Shown: piece after piece, positions 1-8,257 of the stretch
Layout: each line of letters opens with the position of its first letter
How positions within the stretch are numbered: position 1 is the first letter of the stretch
Source: an uncultured Candidatus Saccharibacteria bacterium
GTDB lineage: Bacteria > Patescibacteriota > Minisyncoccia > Phycocordibacterales > UBA9973
Length of the DNA stretch: 33,907 bases
Direction: 5' to 3'
Assembly (NCBI GenBank): GCA_964478575.1
Contig: CAYZIU010000002.1
Span: 1 to 33,907, forward strand
The notes under the pieces: model-generated
The model's database searches: none
Told to the model about the DNA's origin: nothing
The model's input: the letters and a program-made list of their open reading frames with translations, nothing else
Program-made: the position numbers and the translations under genes

Positions 1-10
1 TATACATATT

Positions 11-1081
11 ATGAAGGACTATTATAAAATTCTAGGAGTTGAGAAGGGTGCCTCACAAGAGGATATAAAGAAGGCTTTTCGTAAGCTTGCTCATGAGCAT
101 CACCCAGACAAGAAGGGCGGGGATGACGTTAAATTCAAGGAAATAAACGAAGCTTATCAGACTCTTTCTGATGAGAGTAAAAGACGTAACTATGATCAGT
201 TTGGGAACGCCTCAGGGCCTCAATACGGAGGTTTTGGAGGGGGAGCTCAGGGATTTGACTTCAGTGGATTTGGTAACGGTGTAGAGTTCGATTTTGAAGG
301 AATGGGAGACATTTTCGGAGATATGTTTGGCGGTGGAAGAGGAAGACAGAGAGAGGCTCGTGGCGGACGGGATTTGGTTGCAGACATAGATTTGTCTTTC
401 AAGGATGCTGTTTTCGGAGTTGATAAAAATATAAAAATAAGAAGATCTTCAGTTTGTCTTGATTGTAGTGGAACAGGTGCCGAAAAAGGATCGAAGCTTG
501 AAACATGTGACGCGTGTGGAGGCGCAGGACAAGTAAAAGAAACAAGGCAGACATTCTTTGGTGTATTTAGCACGGCCAAGATTTGTGATAGATGTAATGG
601 AAAAGGAAAGCGTCCAAAAGTTTTGTGTAAAAATTGTTCTGGAAAAGGAGTGAAAGAGATTAGCGAAGAATTGAGAATCAAGATTGCTCCGGGTGTAAAC
701 GATGGTGAGACTTTACGAGTAAAAGGTTATGGAGATGTTTCGCCAGAGCTTATTGCCGGAGACTTATATGTTCGTGTTCGAGTTTTGAAAGATGAAAGAT
801 GGAAAAGAGCTGGCAACGATATCCTTGCGAATTTGGAAATAAAATTAACGGAAGCAATAAAAGGCGGAAATAGGGAAGTTGAAACTCTAGATGGGTTAGC
901 TAAAGTAAAAATTCCTGCAAAGATAAACACAGGAGATATCTTAAGAATAAAAGATTACGGAGTAAAAGATAAAAAAGGAAAGAGGGGAGACTTTTTGATT
1001 AAGGTAAAAGTGGAAATTCCAAGCAAGTTGTCTAAAAAAGCAGAAGAGGCTGTTAAAATTTTGGAGGCGGAAGGGTACTAA
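11..1081 (+). CDS. dnaJ: Molecular chaperone DnaJ (type I Hsp40)
   Basis: ATG start. N-terminal J domain with HPD (AHEHHPDKK), G/F-rich linker, four CxxCxGxG zinc-finger repeats ([32 protein letters not shown]) and a C-terminal substrate-binding region. TAA stop. Confidence 0.95.
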   Translation: MKDYYKILGVEKGASQEDIKKAFRKLAHEHHPDKKGGDDVKFKEINEAYQTLSDESKRRNYDQFGNASGPQYGGFGGGAQGFDFSGFGNGVEFDFEGMGDIFGDMFGGGRGRQREARGGRDLVADIDLSFKDAVFGVDKNIKIRRSSVCLDCSGTGAEKGSKLETCDACGGAGQVKETRQTFFGVFSTAKICDRCNGKGKRPKVLCKNCSGKGVKEISEELRIKIAPGVNDGETLRVKGYGDVSPELIAGDLYVRVRVLKDERWKRAGNDILANLEIKLTEAIKGGNREVETLDGLAKVKIPAKINTGDILRIKDYGVKDKKGKRGDFLIKVKVEIPSKLSKKAEEAVKILEAEGY

Positions 1082-1121
1082 AAAGTTGAAAGTTTATAGT
1101 TTTAAGTTTTTAGTATAAAAT

Positions 1122-2027
1122 ATGCACATGTGGATAATATTTTCTTTACTCGCGCCACTTTGTTGGGCGGCAGTAAACTTCATTGACGAGAACCTTGTAA
1201 ACAAAGAAAAGGCAACTGGAGCCGCTGTTATATTTTCAGCAGTTTTTGGTGCCCTTGCTTCCCTAATAATATTTCTATTTTTTCCTGAAGTTTTAAGTGT
1301 AAATGTTCGTGATGCAATTCTATACATGTGCACAGGAGTTGCCTTTATGGGGATGGTTATATGTTACCTTTATGCACTAGATAGTGCTGATAGAATAAAT
1401 TCTCAATATACTGTCTCTCTCGTTGTTCCGTGGTTTGAATTATCTACTCCGATTGGGATCCTTCTTGCATATGCGCTACTGGGAGAGACAATAACTTGGA
1501 TTCAAGGAGGGGCGATTGCAATAATTTTCATTGGAGCGATTTTCTTGAATACCGATTTCAAAGTTTTCAGATTTTATAAAGGCGTCGCCATAAAAATGCT
1601 TGGTGCTGCATTCTTTTTTGCAGTAGGAAGAACCCTGTATAAGTTTGTTGCCGGAGGAACAGAGTCATTCTGGACAGCTTCTTTTTGGGAAAATATAGGA
1701 ATATTTCTTGTGGCTTTGATATTATTTGTCCTGATAAGAAACTACAGAAAAGATTTTATTGGAGTATTTAAAAACTCAAGGAAAAAGGTTATGGGGCTTA
1801 GTGCGGCCAATGAGTCAATCTCAACTGTTGGGAATTTAATTGGAGCCTACGCAACACTCATTGCTCCAATTGGAGTAGTGTTTGCAATATTTTCTATTCA
1901 ATCACTTTATATTGTTATCTTTGAATCGATAAAGGCAAAAGAGTTTGGTTGGAATAATGCCCAAACAATCCTGTCTATTTTAATGATAATAGCTGGAGCG
2001 GGCCTACTTGCTTTAGTTTCTAATTAA
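1122..2027 (+). CDS. Polytopic membrane protein, EamA/DMT-superfamily-like transporter
   Basis: 301 aa with about 10 hydrophobic helices in two similar halves and short charged loops. Family assignment is by general resemblance only. An alternative ATG at 1128 is possible. Confidence 0.55.
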   Translation: MHMWIIFSLLAPLCWAAVNFIDENLVNKEKATGAAVIFSAVFGALASLIIFLFFPEVLSVNVRDAILYMCTGVAFMGMVICYLYALDSADRINSQYTVSLVVPWFELSTPIGILLAYALLGETITWIQGGAIAIIFIGAIFLNTDFKVFRFYKGVAIKMLGAAFFFAVGRTLYKFVAGGTESFWTASFWENIGIFLVALILFVLIRNYRKDFIGVFKNSRKKVMGLSAANESISTVGNLIGAYATLIAPIGVVFAIFSIQSLYIVIFESIKAKEFGWNNAQTILSILMIIAGAGLLALVSN

Positions 2028-2042
2028 ATAACTTAGATATTT

Positions 2043-2077
2043 AAAATCCTCATCAGGTAGATGAGGATTTTTATTTT
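2043..2077. terminator. Bidirectional rho-independent terminator between convergent genes
   Basis: 12-bp stem 2043-2054/2060-2071 (AAAATCCTCATC / GATGAGGATTTT) with a 5-nt loop, A-run on one side and T-run on the other. It overlaps the stop of the minus-strand ATP-grasp gene. Confidence 0.7.
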
Positions 2078-3363
2078 ATGTAACCCCATTTTTTTAGGGC
2101 AGGGAGGTCTTTTTCGATAAATCTTTTTCCAATATCATTTCGGTATAGAACTTTTGGTATTACTATCCTTTTTGCTAGATCATAAGTGTCTTCAAAAGTT
2201 TTTTCTGGGTTTATTCCAATGTTTGTAACATAAAGAACATATCCTCTGTTGTCAGAAATGTAATAGCCTTTTTCATCTTTTGAAATTTCTTCGAAATGAA
2301 TATGAGACATTTCTTCCTTTTTAACTTGAGTCATGTCTATATAGATTCCACGGTAATCGTGCTCTGCGGACTTCTTTTGGTATGGGAAAGGAGGAAGGGC
2401 CATAAGAATTACAATTCCAAAGCCTTTTTTCCATTTTAGATCATATTCTTCTCCTCGTGCTACAGCAGACAGAAGCTCTCCCCATGGAGAATCGTGAATC
2501 TCTGAATGAAGATGGACAATAGGGGAACCAAATCGTGGAGTTGCTTCAAGTGGAACAATCTCGTGTTCGTTTACAATACAGTTTATTTCGAAGTCTCCTC
2601 GGAAATTTATTTTTTGTAAATAATCTTTGAATGGCTGTATGACTTTCTTATATAAAATATTTTCTTCGTCGTCGTCATACCAGGCGATGGTTCCCATTTC
2701 GCTTGTTGTGGGACCGAGGTCTCCTGCGAGAAACTTCTTGTGCTCAACGTTGTATTCTATTGGACCAACCCAATTAGACCCGTTGAAGTATCTTCCAATT
2801 CCAATCTCAACTCCGAAGACTCTTTTCTGAAGAGTTATTTTTTCTTTTTTTAACAAGTCATTTGAGGCATAACTTTCTAGTACAGAAATAACATCAAATC
2901 CTTTCGGGTCTTGTCCAACATAATTCATAGATTTTGGGGCGTGGTTGTTTTGTTTTATAACCCAAAAGTCCGGATTTCTTTTTATGAAATTCACAGCTTC
3001 TTTTATAGTAGGGAAGTCTTTTGATGGAACAACATCAAGTCCGTGTTCTTTGAAAATATTTTGAGCTGATTCTCTTTCGAATTCCAAATCGTCTCCACCT
3101 GATGATCCACCGAATACGGCAAAGCCCGCGTCTCTTAACATCTCTTGTTCTTTCCCGTATCCAGAATCGTCAAAAACAATAACCCCGTCGTGGCCGACCC
3201 AAGGGAGCTCTTTTTTCCAATCTTCTGTTTGCTGTACCATTCCAGAAAAGTTTTTACGCCTGTCACGCTCTTCTACGAACAGCTTTACTTCGTGACCTTC
3301 TTGTACAAGTAGGTTCGCCAAGTTTCCAGCAATCAAATCAGTTGAGACAAATAAAAATCGCAT
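2071..3363 (-). CDS. ATP-grasp enzyme of the PurD (phosphoribosylamine-glycine ligase, GARS) family, divergent N-terminus
   Basis: 430 aa, the same length class as PurD. By-eye matches to PurD signatures: VEHKKFLAGDLGPTTSEMGT (cf. DHKR..D.GPNTGGMG), LEATPRFGSP (cf. EFNCRFGDPE) and GYVLYVTNIG...YRNDIG (cf. GRVLCVTALG...RKDIG). The N-terminal GGREHA motif is absent. Confidence 0.6.
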   Translation of the reverse strand: MRFLFVSTDLIAGNLANLLVQEGHEVKLFVEERDRRKNFSGMVQQTEDWKKELPWVGHDGVIVFDDSGYGKEQEMLRDAGFAVFGGSSGGDDLEFERESAQNIFKEHGLDVVPSKDFPTIKEAVNFIKRNPDFWVIKQNNHAPKSMNYVGQDPKGFDVISVLESYASNDLLKKEKITLQKRVFGVEIGIGRYFNGSNWVGPIEYNVEHKKFLAGDLGPTTSEMGTIAWYDDDEENILYKKVIQPFKDYLQKINFRGDFEINCIVNEHEIVPLEATPRFGSPIVHLHSEIHDSPWGELLSAVARGEEYDLKWKKGFGIVILMALPPFPYQKKSAEHDYRGIYIDMTQVKKEEMSHIHFEEISKDEKGYYISDNRGYVLYVTNIGINPEKTFEDTYDLAKRIVIPKVLYRNDIGKRFIEKDLPALKKWGYIK

Positions 3364-3387
3364 GATATACTTAAATTGTATAACAAA

Positions 3388-3507
3388 ATGTTAAAAGAAA
3401 CAAAAATCCTTTTTTTATTACTACTGGCACTTCTTATTGTTTTTACTGCTTTTACTGTGGAAGAAACAATCCATCAGAATGACTTTGATATAATAATTTC
3501 TGAATAA
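3388..3507 (+). CDS. Candidate 39-aa small ORF (hydrophobic N-terminal segment plus acidic tail) upstream of the histidine kinase
   Basis: ATG 3388 to TAA 3505-3507 gives MLKETKILFLLLLALLIVFTAFTVEETIHQNDFDIIISE. It fills almost the whole 149-nt gap and ends 5 nt before the kinase ATG. An extended -10-like TGATATACT lies at 3363-3371. It is below the ORF-track length cutoff and could be a chance ORF in AT-rich DNA. Confidence 0.3.
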   Translation: MLKETKILFLLLLALLIVFTAFTVEETIHQNDFDIIISE

Positions 3508-3512
3508 TAATC

Positions 3513-5171
3513 ATGAATGAACTTCTTTGTTTAGACTCTATTCCTTCTGTTCTCGGGGTTTTTGATTTTTCTATCGCCCCACCTCTTCTTTTTTATTCTT
3601 ATATACCGATAATGTTTCTTACAATCTTTGTTGGGTTCCTTATTTTCGTTGGAGATAAGAAAAACTTGGTAAATCAGCTGTTTTTTGGAATATCTTTGGC
3701 GTTTTCCTTTTGGATATTGTCAGTTCTAGTTCAGTGGACCGCCGCTCAGGCCGATGTTGTTATGTTCGCGTGGCAAATGTTGGTTGTTTTTGAAATTGCC
3801 ATATATATCTTCTCCTTATACTTTTTATTTGCTTTTCTGAACAAGAAAGACATAACCTTCTTTTACAAGGGATTGGGTGCTACTGTTTTTTCTGCTTGCA
3901 TAATACTGTTGCCAACCGCTTTTAATATAGTTGGATTCGACATTATTAACTGTGAGGGGGCAATTGGAGAGCTTTGGCACTTTATCTATCCACTGGAGGC
4001 TCTTTGTCTTGTTGGGATTTTATACATCGGATTTTCTTCATTAAAATTAAGAAAGGAAAAAAAGCAAAAGTCAGAGACGGTATTTGCAACTATAGGAATG
4101 TTTTTGTTCTTGTCTATATTCTTCTTCTCCAATATTATCGGAGAACTGACACAAAGATATGAGTTCAATCTATATGGACCGATAGGAATGGCGCTGTTCC
4201 TTCTTTTTATTGGATATTTAATTATTACTTTCAAATCTTTCAATGTAAAAATCCTTAGAGCTCAAGCTTTAACTTTTGGAATGGGATTCCTTGTTTTCGC
4301 TGCTCTTTTCTCTGAGTCTATAAAGGATGTACGGTTAATTTTAATAATTACAATTGGATTGTTGATTATCGTTGGTCACTATCTAGTAAAAGGTGTTCAG
4401 AAAGAAACTGAACAGAGAATAAAACTTGAGCAACTAACCGGAGACTTGAAAGAGGCTAATATAAAACTTGAGAAATTGGGCAAGTTGAAGACTGAGTTCC
4501 TCTCTCTTGCATCTCATCAGCTTAGAAGTCCTCTTACTGCCATAAAAGGTTACGTCTCCATGCTGCTTGATCAATCCTTCGGACAGATTACTCCAGAGCA
4601 GAAGGAGGCTATTTCTAGGGTTAGCTCTTCAACTGAACATCTTACAAAAGTTGTAGAAGACTTGTTGAATGTATCCAAAATAGAGCAAGGGGGATTAGTG
4701 TTTAATTTCAAACAATTTTCTCTAACTAAACTCGCTTCAGATGTTTGCCGAGAATATGAAATAAATTTCCAAAAAAGGGGATTAAGTATTGCTTGCGATG
4801 TTCCTCAGACAGAAATCTTTGTTTTCGGAGATGAAGAAAAAATAAGACAAGTGATAACTAACTTCGTCGATAACTCAAACAAATATACTGAAACTGGAGG
4901 GGTTGTTGTTTCTGTTGTAGACAAGGGTGATGACTTCGTTTCGTTTGAAATAAAAGATACCGGAATTGGTCTTATGCCTGAAGAAGTGCAATCTGTATTT
5001 CAAAAGTTCCAACGAGGAGCGGGAGCAAAGCTAGACACTGGTGGCTCAGGTCTTGGACTGTACCTTGCTTCCAAAATAATTGAAGGACATCATTCTAGGG
5101 TTGATGTTTTCTCTGAAGGAAAAGGGAAGGGAACTAAGTTTACCTTCACACTTTCTAAGAAGCCATTCTAA
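3513..5171 (+). CDS. Membrane-bound sensor histidine kinase (no adjacent response regulator)
   Basis: About 8 N-terminal hydrophobic helices and a coiled-coil linker. H-box FLSLASHQLRSPLTAIKGY, N-box NFVDNSNKYT, G1 IKDTGIGL, G2 GGSGLGLYL. Confidence 0.9.
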   Translation: MNELLCLDSIPSVLGVFDFSIAPPLLFYSYIPIMFLTIFVGFLIFVGDKKNLVNQLFFGISLAFSFWILSVLVQWTAAQADVVMFAWQMLVVFEIAIYIFSLYFLFAFLNKKDITFFYKGLGATVFSACIILLPTAFNIVGFDIINCEGAIGELWHFIYPLEALCLVGILYIGFSSLKLRKEKKQKSETVFATIGMFLFLSIFFFSNIIGELTQRYEFNLYGPIGMALFLLFIGYLIITFKSFNVKILRAQALTFGMGFLVFAALFSESIKDVRLILIITIGLLIIVGHYLVKGVQKETEQRIKLEQLTGDLKEANIKLEKLGKLKTEFLSLASHQLRSPLTAIKGYVSMLLDQSFGQITPEQKEAISRVSSSTEHLTKVVEDLLNVSKIEQGGLVFNFKQFSLTKLASDVCREYEINFQKRGLSIACDVPQTEIFVFGDEEKIRQVITNFVDNSNKYTETGGVVVSVVDKGDDFVSFEIKDTGIGLMPEEVQSVFQKFQRGAGAKLDTGGSGLGLYLASKIIEGHHSRVDVFSEGKGKGTKFTFTLSKKPF

Positions 5172-5185
5172 ATAAAAAGACATTT

Positions 5186-5212
5186 AAAAAGCCCCGTATT
5201 CTCGGGGCTTTT
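5186..5212. terminator. Bidirectional rho-independent terminator (kinase / cysS convergent)
   Basis: Stem AAAAGCCCCG (5187-5196) / CGGGGCTTTT (5203-5212) with the 6-nt loop TATTCT. Confidence 0.75.
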
Positions 5213-5214
5213 CC

Positions 5215-6585
5215 TTATTCCCAAATAGTAAGATATGCGGAAGATGTTCCGTCGGGATTGTCTAAAATAGAGAAGCCTTCGCTTTTTATTTGGTCTCGTA
5301 TCTCGTCACTTTCTCTAAAGTCTTTGTTTTTTCTTGCTTCGTTTCTTCTTTCGAGTAATTTAGTTATCTCTTCCGAAACATTTCCAATTTTAGAAAGTCC
5401 TAGTCCAAGATATTCATCGGCATACAAAATTAATCCGACTCTCTCTGCTTCTTCCTTGTTTTCATTATTTAAATTTTCCCAAACATAAGCAACTAGTTTT
5501 GGTGTCGCCAAGTCGTCAGAAATTATTTTGTTTATCTCCTCTTTGTCTTCGTCAGACACTCTCGCATTATCTGTGTCAGCAATGAAAATGATTCTTCGGA
5601 GCTTATTCAAGGCGACACGAGACGCCTCTAGACTATCCCATGTGAAGTTAAGTGGTGCTCGGTAGTGAGCCTGAAGTGCAAGGTAACGGAAAACTATTGG
5701 ATCAAATCCTTTTTCTTCAATGTCTTTTATTGTGTATTGATTACCGAGAGATTTGGACATCTTTTTCCCATCAACCGATAGATATTCATTGTGCATCCAG
5801 TAATGGACGAACGGATGAACTCCACTGTAACACTCGGATTGAGCGATTTCGTTCTCGTGATGGGGGAACATGTTATCTTTTCCTCCAGTGTGAATGTCTA
5901 TAGATTGTCCGAGGAGCGCCATGCTCATGGCGGAACATTCTATGTGCCAGCCTGGTCTACCTTTCCCAAAAGGAGAGTTCCAATAAACGTCTCCGTCTTC
6001 TTCTGTGTAAGCTTTCCAGAGTGCAAAGTCTTGCACCTCTTCTTTTTCGTATTCATCTTTTGTGACTCGTCCTGAGGCTCCATCTTGGAGAGTTTCCTTT
6101 TCGATTCTGGCTAGTTTTCCATAATCAGGGAAAGAAGATATTTTGAAATAAACACTTCCTTCGGCGCTCTGATATGCGTGTCCATTTTCGAGAAGTCCTG
6201 CGATTATCTTTATCATCTCTTCGACATAATCTGTTGCTTTCGGATATTTGTTTGCCGGAATTATTTCTAGTTTATTTATGTCTTCAAAAAAAGCTTCTGT
6301 GTAATATTCTGTAAACTCCTTTAGAGATTTTGCTTCGGCGATAGAATTACGAATAGTCTTGTCATCAACATCTGTAAGATTCATAACGTGATTTACATCG
6401 TATCCTGCGCCAAGAAGAGCCCTTTTTAAGGTATCGGTGAATATATAGGCTCGATAGTTTCCAATATGAGGGAAGTTGTAAACAGTTGGCCCACAAGTGT
6501 AGAGATTTACTTTTTTACCTTCCTTGTCTATTGGAGAAAAATCTTCAACTTCTCTTTTTATTGTGTTGTAGAATTTTAGAACCAT
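5215..6585 (-). CDS. cysS: Cysteine--tRNA ligase
   Basis: HIGH-class motif (FPHIGNYR), KMSKS motif (GKKMSKSLGN) and Zn-ligand contexts YTCGPTVY and WHIECSAMS. The start overlaps the corA stop by 10 nt. Confidence 0.95.
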   Translation of the reverse strand: MVLKFYNTIKREVEDFSPIDKEGKKVNLYTCGPTVYNFPHIGNYRAYIFTDTLKRALLGAGYDVNHVMNLTDVDDKTIRNSIAEAKSLKEFTEYYTEAFFEDINKLEIIPANKYPKATDYVEEMIKIIAGLLENGHAYQSAEGSVYFKISSFPDYGKLARIEKETLQDGASGRVTKDEYEKEEVQDFALWKAYTEEDGDVYWNSPFGKGRPGWHIECSAMSMALLGQSIDIHTGGKDNMFPHHENEIAQSECYSGVHPFVHYWMHNEYLSVDGKKMSKSLGNQYTIKDIEEKGFDPIVFRYLALQAHYRAPLNFTWDSLEASRVALNKLRRIIFIADTDNARVSDEDKEEINKIISDDLATPKLVAYVWENLNNENKEEAERVGLILYADEYLGLGLSKIGNVSEEITKLLERRNEARKNKDFRESDEIRDQIKSEGFSILDNPDGTSSAYLTIWE

Positions 6586-7484
6586 CTTTTCTTTCGGAAA
6601 TAAATATACATAACCAGAGCTATGACAACCATAAAGATTAATACTATTGCAAAATCAGTCTTTCCATCTACCAGAGAGAAACCAAAGTTCATTCCGAATA
6701 TTCCTGTGACTAAAGTCAGAGGCAACATTATGAAAGTCATAACTGTTAGTTTCTTGATTGTATCGTTTGTGTGAGCGGTGAGCAGAGAATCATTCGTAAT
6801 ACGAAGATCGTCGAGGATTTCTTTGTTTCCATTTAGAAGGTTTTCAGTTTTGTTATATTCACTGATGATTGAATGTATATAGAAAAGAAAACCTGGACCA
6901 AAGAATCCTTGACAAGCAATCTCAAATGAGCGGAGGATTTCTTTGTGGAATCGTAGAGATTGTTTGAAGTCGAGCAGAACTCGGTTTGATTCAGAGATAA
7001 GCTCAACAGTCTTTTCTTCTCGAGCTGAGAATATAAGGTGTTCTATTTCTCTTATCTTGTCGTTCTCACGATCGAGTTCTCCTAGAGTGTCTCGGTAGAG
7101 TTCGTTGATTAGATGGAAGAAGAGGAATCCTGCGTGCTCGCTTTCGTTCCTTTTTTCAAGACGAGAGTCTTTTTCAAACAAATCAGAAAATTCTTTTATA
7201 GCTTCTAGTTTTCCATAGTGAGTTGTTATTAGGAATTCTTTTCCAATAACAAAATCAATTTCTTCTTCTCTGATTTTCCCGTCTTTGTGTCTAACAGGGA
7301 AGTGTAGAATAAGATAAATAACATCGTCATAACGATCGACTTTTGACCGGAGAGTTTTGGAGAGCATTTCGTCTCCAACGAGAGGTGGAAGATCGAATGT
7401 GTCGACAACTGAGGCGACCTCATCCTTGCTTGGTGACTCTAGGTCAACCCAAGTTAGTTTTTTGAAAGTATATTTTGTAATCAC
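6576..7484 (-). CDS. corA: CorA-family Mg2+/Co2+ transporter
   Basis: Two C-terminal TM helices flank the GMN signature (IFGMNFG). The N-terminal domain reads ...LTWVDLESPSKDEV... I place the start at GTG 7484, giving (M)ITKYTFKKLTWVDL and 302 aa. The track ORF runs on to a TTG at 7637 through a GC-rich palindrome, and I consider that extension non-coding. The start codon remains uncertain. Confidence 0.85.
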   Translation of the reverse strand: MITKYTFKKLTWVDLESPSKDEVASVVDTFDLPPLVGDEMLSKTLRSKVDRYDDVIYLILHFPVRHKDGKIREEEIDFVIGKEFLITTHYGKLEAIKEFSDLFEKDSRLEKRNESEHAGFLFFHLINELYRDTLGELDRENDKIREIEHLIFSAREEKTVELISESNRVLLDFKQSLRFHKEILRSFEIACQGFFGPGFLFYIHSIISEYNKTENLLNGNKEILDDLRITNDSLLTAHTNDTIKKLTVMTFIMLPLTLVTGIFGMNFGFSLVDGKTDFAIVLIFMVVIALVMYIYFRKKRWF

Positions 7485-7490
7485 CCCTAA

Positions 7491-7519
7491 ATTATAAAGG
7501 GAATAGGGAATAGGGGCAA
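7491..7519 (-). promoter_or_regulatory. Putative corA promoter (TTGCCC-17 nt-TATAAT)
   Basis: On the minus strand, TATAAT is at 7496-7491, 6 nt upstream of GTG 7484. TTGCCC is at 7519-7514 with a 17-nt spacer made of the CCCTATT tandem repeat. Confidence 0.4.
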
Positions 7520-7520
7520 G

Positions 7521-7564
7521 GCCCGCCCGCCAGCGCCTGCAGTTGCAGACAATGGCGGGCAGGG
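7521..7564. other. GC-rich nested inverted repeat (candidate operator or structured leader)
   Basis: GCCCGCC (7525-7531) pairs with GGCGGGC (7554-7560) and extends 2 bp after one mismatch. An inner palindrome CTGC-AGTT-GCAG lies at 7537-7548. The composition contrasts strongly with the AT-rich flanks. Confidence 0.35.
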
Positions 7565-7642
7565 AATATATCATAGACCTATATTCATTTGACAAATATA
7601 AGAATAATGATATTGTTTCGGTGGATTTTAAAACCAAATATT

Positions 7643-8071
7643 ATGATCAAAAACATCAAAATTTTGAGCATGGCCTTTCTGGTTGCCATGGTTTTCGCTT
7701 CTTGCTCCAAGAGCAACGCGGAAGAAAAACCAAGAATTATTGACGGGGATATTATTTCAGTTGGTATCGAAGAGATTATCAAAACTGAATCCGGTCCCTC
7801 TGGCTCTGTTTATGTTATTCAACTTGACGCCATTGAAGACGGTGAAAGGATGGCTACAGCAAGAATCGTTGTTGACGCTGGTTCATTCCTCCAGTGTCTG
7901 GAAATGATGAAAGGTGCCCCACAGAATCAATTTGCCCGCTTTCAGTCATATAATGACCCACAGGGTTCTACTTACTATGTTCTTAAGGAACAAGCCCTTA
8001 TGAACTATGATGTAATGGGAACGCCGCCGGTTTATATTTTTTCCAGTGATCAGAAGGTAATAACTAACTAA
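7643..8071 (+). CDS. Putative lipoprotein, function unknown
   Basis: From ATG 7643 the product is MIKNIKILSMAFLVAMVFASCSKSN..., with a signal peptide and a lipobox-like FASC. The track ORF starts earlier at a TTG (7589). No recognisable domain. Confidence 0.55.
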   Translation: MIKNIKILSMAFLVAMVFASCSKSNAEEKPRIIDGDIISVGIEEIIKTESGPSGSVYVIQLDAIEDGERMATARIVVDAGSFLQCLEMMKGAPQNQFARFQSYNDPQGSTYYVLKEQALMNYDVMGTPPVYIFSSDQKVITN

Positions 8072-8101
8072 CTAATTGACCGGTTTTAGTCGGTAGGACA
8101 A

Positions 8102-8128
8102 AGGGACCATCGTTTGGTCCCTTTTTTA
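8102..8128 (+). terminator. Rho-independent terminator of the lipoprotein gene
   Basis: Stem AGGGACCA (8102-8109) / TGGTCCCT (8115-8122) with a 5-nt loop, then TTTTTTATTTTT. Confidence 0.8.
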
Positions 8129-8167
8129 TTTTTCTCTTTAATATATTCAGGTGTTTTTTAAATACCC

Positions 8168-8257
8168 GTCCTACCGCTGTAAAGACTTGTGAGTTCGACG
8201 GAACGAACACGAGGAATCCGTCAGCTGACGGATATCCGTACTTTACAGGGGTGGGAC
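8168..8257 (+). ncRNA. Candidate structured RNA (unknown family) upstream of rplU
   Basis: 17-position closing helix 8168-8184/8241-8257 with 15 Watson-Crick pairs, 1 G-U and 1 mismatch. It encloses hairpins 8193-8197/8204-8208 and 8213-8222/8227-8237. The G-U pair favours the + strand. No family recognised by eye. Confidence 0.35.

Noticed and set aside
7497-7564. M-box (ykoK) Mg2+ riboswitch upstream of corA
   Set aside because: The element is only about 45-70 nt and forms a simple nested hairpin. The M-box is a multi-helix domain of about 160 nt. The best promoter also lies downstream of the element, so it may not be transcribed as part of corA at all.
7485-7637. N-terminal 51-codon extension of corA in the ORF track (starting at a TTG)
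   Set aside because: The extension starts at a TTG and translates a GC-rich palindrome and a tandem repeat (CNCRRWRAGLAPIP). It runs through a good TTGCCC-17-TATAAT promoter. The GTG at 7484 gives a typical CorA N-terminus.
8168-8257. Identification of the structured element as a tRNA, SRP (4.5S) RNA, 6S RNA, tmRNA or RNase P RNA
   Set aside because: It has no cloverleaf and no SRP domain IV motif (GGAA/AGCA-type symmetric loop sequence). It is also far too short for 6S, tmRNA or RNase P. It remains unassigned and is reported as a candidate only.
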